From Polyangiaceae bacterium (lineage in GTDB: Bacteria; Myxococcota_A; Polyangia; Polyangiales; Polyangiaceae), in the NCBI GenBank assembly GCA_050287085.1, contig JBNKBE010000011.1, forward strand, positions 32,001 to 96,000: DNA of 64,000 bases, given 5' to 3'. Shown here piece after piece: positions 38,108 through 47,599 of this stretch; within the stretch, counting starts at the first letter, position 1, and the number at the start of each line of letters is the position of its first letter. Under the pieces are notes generated by a model. That model saw only the letters and a program-made list of their open reading frames with translations, made no database searches and was not told the DNA's origin. Both the position numbers and the translations under genes were made by a program.

Positions 38108-41100
38108 ATGACGCGAGACGACCCCCAGAGCGATCCGGCACCAACAGCGGACGCCCACGCCCCCAACGCAGAGCGCTCAACCCCGGCCAACGCCGAGCCG
38201 ACGCCCGCTGCGACCCCAGAAGCCGCTGCGAACAACGAGGCCCGAGGCGGCGACCACAACGCCCCCGCCACGAAGAAGGGTCGATGGCGCTCGCTACTGC
38301 TCGCGGCCGCCCTGCTCGGTGTGACGTTTCTTCTGATGGCCAACTCGCGCGCGCCGTCCTGGGGCGTCCAAGCGGGGCTCTGCACGACTGTCCTGGGCGT
38401 CGTCCTCCTGACCCTGCGTTTCGGGCACCGAGCCCAATGCGAGCCGGCCGCAGCGGACGCGTCTCTCGGAGGAGCCACACTCCAGGTGGGAGGTGCAGCC
38501 CTGGCCCATCTGCTCAGCGTGGGCCTTGCCACTTGGGGCGGACTGCCGCTGCACCGCGTCAGCGCCGCTATTGTGGTGACGGGAACCTTTTTGTGGCTGC
38601 TCGTCGCTGTGTTCCGCTGGATGCGGCGCGCCAAACTCACCGGTCCCGAGGCGATATGGCAACACGGCGGGTTCTGGCTTCTTGCCATCGCAAGCTGTGT
38701 ACAGCTGCCGATGCTAGGCAACTTCGGTCTGATCGATCCGTGGGAAACGCACTACGGTGAGGTGGCTCGCGAAATCTTGGCACGCGACGATTGGATCTCA
38801 CTGTGGTGGGCTCAGGACGGCTGGTTCTACACCAAGCCCATACTCAACTTCTGGCTGCAGGCGCTCAGCTTCAAGCTATTCGGCGTCCAGTACTTGCCAG
38901 GTGAAATGCTGCTCGGCGACTTGTCCGGGCGCACGCCAAGCCCCGAGTGGGCCGCGCGGATTCCGATATTCTGGCTCACGGCTGGAGCTAGCTACACGCT
39001 CTATAAGGGCTCCGCGCGACTGGTAGGAACGGCCGCTGCGGTCGCCGGCGGCTGCATTCTACTCAGCTCGCCCTACTGGTTCTTTCTCACTCGCCAAACC
39101 ATGGCGGACATGCCCTATGTGGCACCCGTTACCGCTGCGATGGGCTTTCTGCTCCTGGGCTTCTCCACCCCATCCGAAAAGCCGATTGGCGCGATACGAG
39201 TTTCGCTGGGGCAGCGGACTCTGACGCTCAACGCCTATCAGGTTCTGCTCGGCAGCGTTTTGCTGTGCAGCATTCCGCAAATCCTGTACCTGCTCGCCCA
39301 AAACATCACCCTGCAGCTCGATGCACTCTTCGACGACAGCCTCGCGAGCGACAGAGCTATTGGCTTTCACGTCCATTTCGACGATTTCAGCCGCGGGTCG
39401 GGAGGTGGTAACTGCGGACAAGCGGGCAACCGCTCCTGCGCGACCCAACGTCCCTTGTGGCCTGAGATCCAGCCGGCATACGCCGCTCTGGTCTGGACAG
39501 GCGTGCTGCTTGCCTGGCTTTGGCTTAACCGTCGCGAGTACCGTCAGCAACGCATCTACTTCGTCGCAGCGTGGCTATGCACCACCCTGGCCTTCATGGC
39601 CAAAGGCGCTCCCGCTTTAGTACTACCCCTCGCCACGGCTCTCGCCTTTGTTGTCTTGCGAGGCCGCTTCCGTGACCTTCTTCGACTCGAGTTGGCGAGC
39701 CTAGGTCTGCTGCTGGGGTGCGTTGCGCTTCCGTGGTTCGTGCAGATGTTCGCCCGCCATGGCCTTCCCTTCGTGGAGCGACTCTTCATCCACGATATGG
39801 TTAAACGTGCATTCGCCCACGTGCACGACACCAACGAGGGTGACGATGTCAGCTTCCGCTATTACATCTGGCAACTCGGCTACGGACTATTTCCTTGGGG
39901 GGGACTCGCCCTGGCCGGGGGTCTGGCGTGGTTGGAGGACCACAAGCGAAAGAACGAAGGCAAACAGATGTTTGGCCTTTTCATGCTTGTGTGGGTGCTC
40001 GTTGGATTCGGGATGTTCAGCATCACTCGGACCAAGTTCCATCACTATATTCTCCCCATAGTCCCCCCTCTGGCCGCGCTTTCGGGTCCAGTTCTGGTCC
40101 GCTTCTTCCCGGAGACCTGGCCTGCGCAGCGCGTCGCCTACCTCAAGCTGGCCGGCAGCATCCTGCTCGCAACGCTCTTGTTGCTCTTTGGCCTGACAAC
40201 CGCATTGGGTGGCTCGCTCTTGGGCTCCCCGCCCAGAGAAGTGTCAGTCTCGTCAGCGACGCTGGCTTTCCTGGCGGCGCTGGCAGGGATAGCGCTTGGG
40301 GTGTTTTCGTTTCGAAGATGGCCCCCCGATGCCTCGCCTCGCTCGCACTTCCGTCTCGGCCTTATCTCGCTTGCCGGCGCGGTGGGTGCGATGCTCGCCG
40401 GGATCGACATGGCGACGACCCTAAAGGGAGACCTCTCTGGGAACGTTCGCCTTCTACACCTATTCACCTACGAGTATAGTCGACCGTGGCCGGAGTCACT
40501 CGACTTCAGCAGCGCGTTCACTGCTTTCACGATACTCGCAACAGTGAGCCTATTGCTCCTCGGTTGGCGTCGATTTCGACCTCACGGAGCGACCCTGCTG
40601 GCGGCAACCGCCGGCTTGTGGACGCTGTGGTGCGTGGATATCTACTTTGTCATCGTAGAACCGCATTGGGGGCAACGAGACACAATCCTGGCCTACTACC
40701 GTAACCGCAATGCCCCTGACGAGCCGCTGGTTGCCTACCAGATGAACTGGAAAGGCGAGAACTTCTACACCGGCAACAAGATGGCAACCTTCGTTACGAC
40801 GCGGAAGAAGTTCAAGAAGTGGGTTACCAAGCAGCGCAAGAAGGGCGTGACGACCATGTTCTTCACGACCGAGCACTCACGCATCCGAACGCTGAAGCGC
40901 GAGCTAGACCACCCAAAACACTTCACCCAGCTCACGTCCAAGAACGAAAACAATAAGTTCTTCATGGCACGCGTAGACTTTGACGACGCAGTCGACGAAG
41001 AGCCCAAGGACGAAGCCAAGAAGGCATCTGCCGCGAACGCGCGGGACAAGCGGCCCAGTCCGAACTCGGAGATGGCCGCTCCGTCCAACATGCCTCGGCT

Positions 41101-41188
41101 GCGGCGCGACCTTTCAGCTCCCCCGGCTAGTCGCCTCCGGGTGGCACCCAAGTCTGCTCCCGACGACGACGACGCCGCGGCACGGTAG
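38108..41188 (+). CDS. ArnT/PMT-like (GT-C fold) membrane glycosyltransferase
   Basis: DPWETHYGEVARE, KPILNFW, EWAARIP, MAKG, TKFHHYILP; many TM segments. Confidence 0.85.
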   Translation: MTRDDPQSDPAPTADAHAPNAERSTPANAEPTPAATPEAAANNEARGGDHNAPATKKGRWRSLLLAAALLGVTFLLMANSRAPSWGVQAGLCTTVLGVVLLTLRFGHRAQCEPAAADASLGGATLQVGGAALAHLLSVGLATWGGLPLHRVSAAIVVTGTFLWLLVAVFRWMRRAKLTGPEAIWQHGGFWLLAIASCVQLPMLGNFGLIDPWETHYGEVAREILARDDWISLWWAQDGWFYTKPILNFWLQALSFKLFGVQYLPGEMLLGDLSGRTPSPEWAARIPIFWLTAGASYTLYKGSARLVGTAAAVAGGCILLSSPYWFFLTRQTMADMPYVAPVTAAMGFLLLGFSTPSEKPIGAIRVSLGQRTLTLNAYQVLLGSVLLCSIPQILYLLAQNITLQLDALFDDSLASDRAIGFHVHFDDFSRGSGGGNCGQAGNRSCATQRPLWPEIQPAYAALVWTGVLLAWLWLNRREYRQQRIYFVAAWLCTTLAFMAKGAPALVLPLATALAFVVLRGRFRDLLRLELASLGLLLGCVALPWFVQMFARHGLPFVERLFIHDMVKRAFAHVHDTNEGDDVSFRYYIWQLGYGLFPWGGLALAGGLAWLEDHKRKNEGKQMFGLFMLVWVLVGFGMFSITRTKFHHYILPIVPPLAALSGPVLVRFFPETWPAQRVAYLKLAGSILLATLLLLFGLTTALGGSLLGSPPREVSVSSATLAFLAALAGIALGVFSFRRWPPDASPRSHFRLGLISLAGAVGAMLAGIDMATTLKGDLSGNVRLLHLFTYEYSRPWPESLDFSSAFTAFTILATVSLLLLGWRRFRPHGATLLAATAGLWTLWCVDIYFVIVEPHWGQRDTILAYYRNRNAPDEPLVAYQMNWKGENFYTGNKMATFVTTRKKFKKWVTKQRKKGVTTMFFTTEHSRIRTLKRELDHPKHFTQLTSKNENNKFFMARVDFDDAVDEEPKDEAKKASAANARDKRPSPNSEMAAPSNMPRLRRDLSAPPASRLRVAPKSAPDDDDAAAR

Positions 41189-41289
41189 CGGCGGCGCCAA
41201 GCTCGAGACAGGGAAAGCTCGCCTATCTTCTGTCCGGCTCCTCGCGGGCAGAAGAACCACCTACCGAGGCGCACGGTCTATCGTTAGCC

Positions 41290-42753
41290 TCAAAGCGGCA
41301 GTTCAGCCCCAAGCGAGAAGTCGTGCGGCAACGAGCCGCGTGCGCCGCGTAGATAGACGAACGGCGTGTAGGCCAACAAATTGGAAACCCGCGACATGTA
41401 GATGTCGCTGAAGCGTTCAATCTGACGGGCCAAGTAGCTCTTGTCACTGCCGCAACGCATGAGCTGTCCCCAGCGCGCGTTGACAAGCTCAGACGCTCGC
41501 TGAGCCAATGGCGCAATCCTCTCGTCAAGAGTGACCAACGCGGTCCGTATCTCGGCCATTTGGAGCTTCAGGCCCGCCTCGTCTTCCGCCTGCCCGTACC
41601 CCGCGCGCGAGCGCTGCACCCGGAGCCGCAGATGAGAGAAGCGATGCTCCAGAATCTCTTTCTCCGCCATCCACGCTTTGAGTTGAGCTAGCTCGGGCTG
41701 AAAGCCCTTCAACGCAAGCAGCTCCTCCTCCAGAGCCCGCAGAACCAAACCCGTGCGCCAGCGAAGCTGGTCCTTGGACGCATACACGTCGGCGAAGATA
41801 TGATCTCCAATATAGAGGATTTCGTCACCGGAAATCCCGAGGCTCTTCTCCACCTGCTCCGCATCCCCTCCCAGGTAGACCTTCCCCGCATGGATGCCAT
41901 CCAGACAGGGCTTGAAGTGACCGCGACTTGAGTCAACCAACTCGAAAAGTGGCTGCGACGTTGAGAAGAACGAAGGCTTTCTGGCCTGCACACAGATGAC
42001 GTCGAACAGATCTCGCCAGGAGCGCCCGTGCGGCAAAAAGCGATCGATGGCATAGGTCATCATCGCGTTCGTATAGCTCCACTCGGAGTTGGTGATCAGC
42101 AGCAGCTTCTTGCCAGCTTGTTGCAAGTCCAGCAGGGCCAGCGGCAACTCGGGGTCGAGGACGACAAAACGTTCCGGGCTCCGAATGACTTCAGCCTTCA
42201 GCATGCCCTCGAAATGGGTCACATCCACCGCCCCCCGCACAGCCTCGTAGAGATCGATATAGGTCGACACGCCGGGAAGTCGCGATTGATCGAAGAGATC
42301 GACCAGCTGCATGAATAGGCAAGCCTCAGACAGCGAAAAGTGAGTGTCCAGCGGCACCCAATGCTCTTGTCCCAGATTGATGGGGGACGTGTCGTAGGCC
42401 TTGCGTCGTTCCTCAAACGAGAGCATCTGGGTGCCGTGCGCCGCCTTGCGCACAAAGCCAAAACGGTTGGCTTTGACGACGTTGCCGCGAGCGAGGTCGA
42501 TGACCAAACCGAGACAAGAAAGCGCGGGCTCGAAACGAAGCTGCGATACCGGCCAGCCGCGACGAGCTAAGCGGGCCTGTGCGTATTCATAGGCCCGCCC
42601 TTCCCAAGCATCGGAGTCGTAGTGCACCAGCGTGTAGTCCATATCCAGGCCTACCGCTTTTGTTCCGCGCAGATTGAGCGTGCGGTTGCAGAAGATTCGA
42701 CGCTCCAAGGGGGGAAGCGCGACGTCTATCGATTCGAGCTCTGGAGATTTCAT
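41290..42753 (-). CDS. HAD-IG family 5'-nucleotidase (cN-II type)
   Basis: IFCNRTLNL, DMDYTL, LITNS, ARKP.FF, YIGDHIFADV. Confidence 0.92.
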   Translation of the reverse strand: MKSPELESIDVALPPLERRIFCNRTLNLRGTKAVGLDMDYTLVHYDSDAWEGRAYEYAQARLARRGWPVSQLRFEPALSCLGLVIDLARGNVVKANRFGFVRKAAHGTQMLSFEERRKAYDTSPINLGQEHWVPLDTHFSLSEACLFMQLVDLFDQSRLPGVSTYIDLYEAVRGAVDVTHFEGMLKAEVIRSPERFVVLDPELPLALLDLQQAGKKLLLITNSEWSYTNAMMTYAIDRFLPHGRSWRDLFDVICVQARKPSFFSTSQPLFELVDSSRGHFKPCLDGIHAGKVYLGGDAEQVEKSLGISGDEILYIGDHIFADVYASKDQLRWRTGLVLRALEEELLALKGFQPELAQLKAWMAEKEILEHRFSHLRLRVQRSRAGYGQAEDEAGLKLQMAEIRTALVTLDERIAPLAQRASELVNARWGQLMRCGSDKSYLARQIERFSDIYMSRVSNLLAYTPFVYLRGARGSLPHDFSLGAELPL

Positions 42754-42881
42754 GGACGTTTCACTGTAGCAGACGCAGGTGTCCCGCGCCGACGGAGCCC
42801 CTAACCGAACGAGGACGCCCCGCGCGAGGGCCCGACCCAACGTCCAGAAGGACACAACCGGCAACCGGGAAGGTCAAACGC

Positions 42882-43604
42882 TCACCTCCGGTCGGCCGTC
42901 GGTCTGATAGAGCTCCGCTCTACATTGATAGAGCTCCGCTCTACACCGATAGAGCTCCGCTCTGCACCATGACACGTGAAGGTCGCGCTCAAGCGGGGGG
43001 CGGCCGTCACGCTCCGAAACCACTCGCCGTCGCTCAGCCCCCCCAGCAGAGCACGAGCCGATAGCCCAGCCCCACAGAACGACGAGATCGGTACCAAATA
43101 GCCGGCCCCGGCTGAAATTGCCAAGCCAGATTCGAGCTGCCGCTCCGACGACCAACGCCCCAAGCCCAGAGCGACGTCCGCGTACAAGCCGGGTAAGGAC
43201 TTGATGTGATAGGCGGCATATGGGCCAAAGGTGACCAGCGTGGAGCCGCCGAGGGGCGCCCGCAGTGCGGCGTCTTTGGACGTCGAGCCACGGCGAGTCC
43301 AAGTGGGGATGTCGACCGCGGCATGCAGCCCGAGCTCCGTACGACCTTCAAGGCGGAGTCCGGCCGCAACAGATGACAAGAGACTGAGCGACACCGCCTT
43401 GCCGTGCGAATAAGGATCGGGCCGGTGCCACTCTGACCAGCTCGCCCCAAGACCCAATCCCCCTCTGACAAACCAGGTCCCGTCAGCGGATGCCGGGCGG
43501 GCCTGGGCCGCGTTCCCCGGAGCGGCCCGCGCGGCCCGCTCCCCAAGCCCAATAGCGAGCGTCGACACCACGGCAACACACGCCGCGCACGCGCGATGGT
43601 TCAC
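42882..43604 (-). CDS. Hypothetical outer-membrane beta-barrel protein with a repeat-derived tail
   Basis: Signal peptide; amphipathic strands to ATFTCH, then three ERSSI repeats. Confidence 0.55.
   Translation of the reverse strand: MNHRACAACVAVVSTLAIGLGERAARAAPGNAAQARPASADGTWFVRGGLGLGASWSEWHRPDPYSHGKAVSLSLLSSVAAGLRLEGRTELGLHAAVDIPTWTRRGSTSKDAALRAPLGGSTLVTFGPYAAYHIKSLPGLYADVALGLGRWSSERQLESGLAISAGAGYLVPISSFCGAGLSARALLGGLSDGEWFRSVTAAPRLSATFTCHGAERSSIGVERSSINVERSSIRPTADRR
42906..42968. repeat. Tandem repeat, 3 x 21 bp (GATAGAGCTCCGCTCTACACC consensus)
   Basis: Three adjacent near-identical copies at 42906, 42927, 42948. Confidence 0.9.
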
Positions 43605-45118
43605 GCGCTCGGGCCCGTAGCCGCTAGCGCCATGAGCAACCCCGGCACCGTGTACTCAGCAGCACTAACATCCACGGAAACACCACATTGCGCGAGCGTC
43701 GCAGACGTGATGGGACCGATACTTGCAACCGTCAATCGTCGCAGCAACGCTGGCGCGTCATCCCCCAGAGCGTCTACCATTGCCTGAACCGTCGAGCTCG
43801 AGGTGAATAGCGCGGTATCGACACCACCGCCTTCTATCAATTCACGCAGCGCCGACCGACCGGCGGCGGACAGCGCTCGAGTCTCATAGGCAGGCACCAC
43901 CTCGACTTCAATTCCGGAGCGGCGCAGACTTGCCGGCAGTTCTTCTCTCGCGACGAGTGCGCGCGGTATCAACACTCGTCGAACCTGACCCTGCGCTAGC
44001 AGGTCGCGGCTGAGACCTTCGCCCACGAACTCTTTGGCTACTAGATCCGGACGCAACCCGTAGCGAGCCAAAGCCTGTCCCGTCTTGGGACCGATCACGC
44101 CGACGCGAGCCGCGCCGAGCAGGCGCGCGTCTTTTCCGCTGGCAAACGCCTTCTCGAAGAATCGCTCCACGCCGTTGGCACTGGTGAACAACACCCAGTC
44201 GTATTCGTGAGCGCGTTCAATCGCCTCCTGCAAACGCTCAGGCGAAGGGGGGGCCTCGATGGTGATCAGGGGAAAGAGTACCGGTTCCGCCCCCATCTCG
44301 CGAATTGCTTGGGCCGTTTGCGATGCTTGATGCGGTGGGCGCGGGACCAGAATGCGACGGCCAAATAGCGGCAGACGCTCGAACCAGCTTAGCTTGTCGC
44401 GCAACGCCACTACCTCGCCCACCACGATGACAGCGGGATTCGCGAAGCCCTGCGCTCGAACGTCGCTTGCGACCTGCGACAGCGTGCTGATCAGAACTCG
44501 CTGAGCTGGCCTTGCGCCCCACTGAATTACAGCAACCGGCGTTGTCTCCGCGCGCCCCCCCTCGACGATGGCCCGAGCAATGTCGTCGATGCGCCGCATG
44601 CCCATCAATATGCACAACGTATCGGTTGCAGTCGCAAGCTTGCGCCATGCCCCTGGAGTCCACTCCTTGCCCGCTCGGTCATGTCCAGTAATGAACGTCA
44701 CGCTGCTGGACAAGTCCCGATGAGTCAGCGGAATGCCTGCAAAAGCGCTCGTCCCTACGGGCGAGGACAACCCAGGCACCACCTCAAACTCGATGCCCGC
44801 AGCCGCCAGGGCTTCCGCTTCTTCCGCGCCTCGAGCAAATAGATACGAGTCGCCGCCCTTGAGTCGGACCACGCGCGCGCCCCCACGAGCCAGCTCGATC
44901 AACTGCTCAGTGATCCAGGCCTGACTTGGGTTCTCCCGCCCACCAAGCTTGCCAACGCTTCTGAGCTCTGCCTCCGGCGACGCAAGGGCAAGCAGCGCTG
45001 GATGCGAAAGGGCGTCGTACAAGATGACGTCGGCGGTCCGGAGCACGTCCTGCCCCCGCACGGTGATGAGACCTGGATCCCCCGGCCCCGCGCCGACCAG
45101 CCAAACCTTGCCTGCCAT
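43601..45118 (-). CDS. cobA-hemD: Uroporphyrinogen-III C-methyltransferase / synthase fusion
   Basis: LVGAGPGDPGLIT, RLKGGD, IPLTHR; HemD half FTSANGV, IGPKT, FTSSSTV, SIGPIT. Confidence 0.93.
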   Translation of the reverse strand: MAGKVWLVGAGPGDPGLITVRGQDVLRTADVILYDALSHPALLALASPEAELRSVGKLGGRENPSQAWITEQLIELARGGARVVRLKGGDSYLFARGAEEAEALAAAGIEFEVVPGLSSPVGTSAFAGIPLTHRDLSSSVTFITGHDRAGKEWTPGAWRKLATATDTLCILMGMRRIDDIARAIVEGGRAETTPVAVIQWGARPAQRVLISTLSQVASDVRAQGFANPAVIVVGEVVALRDKLSWFERLPLFGRRILVPRPPHQASQTAQAIREMGAEPVLFPLITIEAPPSPERLQEAIERAHEYDWVLFTSANGVERFFEKAFASGKDARLLGAARVGVIGPKTGQALARYGLRPDLVAKEFVGEGLSRDLLAQGQVRRVLIPRALVAREELPASLRRSGIEVEVVPAYETRALSAAGRSALRELIEGGGVDTALFTSSSTVQAMVDALGDDAPALLRRLTVASIGPITSATLAQCGVSVDVSAAEYTVPGLLMALAATGPSA

Positions 45119-45365
45119 GACTCACGATACCGAAGTTGTGGCCCGAAGCAAGCTGTCACGTCACGCGCCAAGCCTTGATCGGAGGAGGGAGAAGCTTGCT
45201 CGCTCCGAGCGGTTTGGGGTTCGGCCGGTGGGAGGGGTTTCGGCTTTTTCTTCCGAACCAACTATTGATCAAGGTTGGTCACGCCCCCACCCAGGGACGG
45301 CCTTCCCGTGGGCGCCTCCGGATGTCCGGAAGAACAGGCTCGCTTCGGCCGAGCGCCGCGAAACC

Positions 45366-46220
45366 CTAGAGTCGGAACTCGGCTGAAAGCAGAAGCTCAC
45401 GCACTCGAGCGGACAGCCACACCGCGAAATCTTCCTCCACACCCAGACAACGAGCCACTGGGGGCGTCCGCTTTGGGTTCATGCCACTGCGCTCGACGGC
45501 ATCGACTAGCCCCTGCTGTATGACCCGAGTGAGCTTACCCGGAAACAGCAGGTAGGGAGCAACGACCCAGCCGGGCCGCTCCAGGATCGTCGCCACAACT
45601 GCGCTGTAGGCTGGAGACTGAGCGGCGAGGAAGCAAGGCTTCACGGGAACTCTGAGCCGCGACTGAAGTGCCTCACCCACCTCCAGAAAGCGCGTCGTAG
45701 CGATGTCAACGCTGCTGCCGCGCCCGACCAACAATACGCCAGCGAGGTCTATCTCGCTCACTTTGGGTACGGCCGTAGCAACCCGGCTTGCCGCAATGGC
45801 CACAAGCCCCCGGTCGAGGTCGAAGGCAGGCCCAACCTCAAATTGGACTCGTGGATAGCGTCTCCGTGCGGCCTCGACGAGCTGGGGCAAATCCCTCTGC
45901 GTGTGCCCCGCGTCAAACAAGAAAAGCGGCAACACACACACCCTATCGGCCCCAAACGCGGCCTGGTCCAGCGCATCCGATACGGTGGGGCTTGCATGCT
46001 CCAGGTACCCAAGCGCCACGTCGACGTCACGCATGCTGGCGGACAGACGCGTCGCTAGCTGCTCCAGGTGCACGTTCGATACCCGACTGCCGTGCCCCAC
46101 CAACACAAGTCGCGTCTTGGCCAACGCCTCAGGTCGACAGGTGTCGTCTAGAGAATTGCATCCATCCGATGAAGCCATAGACCGATACTTCGCAACAGCG
46201 CCCCCGGGCGCGCAACGCAC
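45366..46220 (-). CDS. Sirohydrochlorin chelatase (CbiX/SirB family)
   Basis: VGHGSR, PLFLFDAGHTQRDLP, second domain VGRGSS and PYLLFPG. Confidence 0.85.
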   Translation of the reverse strand: MRCAPGGAVAKYRSMASSDGCNSLDDTCRPEALAKTRLVLVGHGSRVSNVHLEQLATRLSASMRDVDVALGYLEHASPTVSDALDQAAFGADRVCVLPLFLFDAGHTQRDLPQLVEAARRRYPRVQFEVGPAFDLDRGLVAIAASRVATAVPKVSEIDLAGVLLVGRGSSVDIATTRFLEVGEALQSRLRVPVKPCFLAAQSPAYSAVVATILERPGWVVAPYLLFPGKLTRVIQQGLVDAVERSGMNPKRTPPVARCLGVEEDFAVWLSARVRELLLSAEFRL

Positions 46221-46871
46221 TCAGAATTCAACCCCCCTGCGCGCCCGCACGCCGGCCTCAAATGCATGCTTGTGCAACTTCATCTCCGTCACGGTATCGG
46301 CGACGTCGAGTAGGGCCTGAGGTGCACCGCGTCCCGTTATGATGATGGACAGTTCGCGAGGTTTGTTGACGAGAGCCCTCACCACCTCCTCCGTGGGCAA
46401 GAACTCATACTGAAGAACGACGTTGAGCTCGTCGAGCACCAGCAACGAATACCTCGGCTCCGGGCTATCGCATTGTGCCAAGGCGTTGAGCACCTGGTCC
46501 CAGCCTTCGCGGGCTGCCGCCACGTCCTTGGCTCGGTCCTGCGTATTCCACGTAAAGCCGTTGCCGGACTGGTAGTAGTCGATCTCCGGAAAGCGCTTGA
46601 AGGCTTCTCGTTCACCGGTCTTCCACGTCCCCTTTATGAACTGAAAGACGGCCACGCGTTGACCGTGCCCTGCAGCCCGGAGCGCCGTACCAAAACCGGC
46701 TGTCGACTTACCTTTGCCGTCACCCGTATTGACGATGATGACGCCTCGGTCTTCTTGCTTGCGACGCACCTTCGCGTCCTGCTCGACCTTGAGAGCCGCC
46801 ATGCGCTCCCGATAATCGTCGGCCGTTTCCTCCACCTCTGGGCGCGCGCTGCTGGCGCTGACTTCGGTCAT
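46221..46871 (-). CDS. cobO: Cob(I)yrinate a,c-diamide adenosyltransferase
   Basis: NTGDGKGKSTAGFG, QFIKG.W.TGE, GFTW, LDELN, ITGR, ADTVTEM...KHAF. Confidence 0.95.
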   Translation of the reverse strand: MTEVSASSARPEVEETADDYRERMAALKVEQDAKVRRKQEDRGVIIVNTGDGKGKSTAGFGTALRAAGHGQRVAVFQFIKGTWKTGEREAFKRFPEIDYYQSGNGFTWNTQDRAKDVAAAREGWDQVLNALAQCDSPEPRYSLLVLDELNVVLQYEFLPTEEVVRALVNKPRELSIIITGRGAPQALLDVADTVTEMKLHKHAFEAGVRARRGVEF

Positions 46872-47051
46872 GAGGGTGGTATAGAGTCAGTTGCCGCTGG
46901 GAGAATAGCGCGTCCGGTAGACGATGCTCCGGCAGCGAGCCCGCCGGCCGAGCCCCAACCCGCTCCCACGCCAGTGCGTCCTCGCCTGGCAGTACAAAAC
47001 TGGCGGAAAACACGCTATGGGGCCCCTGTGAGCGTCCGGGCCACTCAGCTT

Positions 47052-47570
47052 ATGTCGCGAGCCACCCCACGGGTGAGCTACCTCGGATGGGCCCTCTCTT
47101 GCTTGCTCGCGCCCTGGCTCATCGCTTGCCCAGCGCCGACCTGCGACACGGACGGCGGCACGCCTTTGGAGTACCGAGAAGGTCTAACCAATGCAGCAGG
47201 CACCTACTATGAGACAGGCGCCTCGGACCAACCCTTCCTGTATTTTCCGGGCGGCCGCCGGTATCGCTTCCGTCACGGTTTGCGCGGCGTTCCGTCGACC
47301 TTCGAGGCGCGACTGGCCTTCTCTCCGTGTCCCTTCTCGGACGAGATAGACGTACCTGGTGAACAACCGAAATGCAAACCGGTCACGGCTGACTCTGAGG
47401 GGCCTGGCGCGGCGGAAACGGCCGGCAACCAAGTGCTGTTCGAAAAGATTTCGGACACCGTTGTCGAAGTCCGCAATGACACGTGCGCGGAGTTCTATCT
47501 TCGGGTCTGGGCCACCTACGTAGGCGACCTAGACGTGGACGCAAGTCTCAAGGCCGACGCGAGTCCCTGA
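47052..47570 (+). CDS. Hypothetical lipoprotein
   Basis: Lipobox LIAC; motifs F.HGL..P, AGNQ, RNDTCAEFYLRV. Confidence 0.65.
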   Translation: MSRATPRVSYLGWALSCLLAPWLIACPAPTCDTDGGTPLEYREGLTNAAGTYYETGASDQPFLYFPGGRRYRFRHGLRGVPSTFEARLAFSPCPFSDEIDVPGEQPKCKPVTADSEGPGAAETAGNQVLFEKISDTVVEVRNDTCAEFYLRVWATYVGDLDVDASLKADASP

Positions 47571-47599
47571 CGCTGGCCCGAAGGCGACGCGAGCGCCCG

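Noticed and set aside
42906..42968. CRISPR mini-array
   Set aside because: The 21-bp units are directly adjacent with no unique spacers
45119..45365. Cobalamin riboswitch between the chelatase and cobA
   Set aside because: Only an isolated GGGAAG is present; the B12-box and other conserved elements are not recognisable
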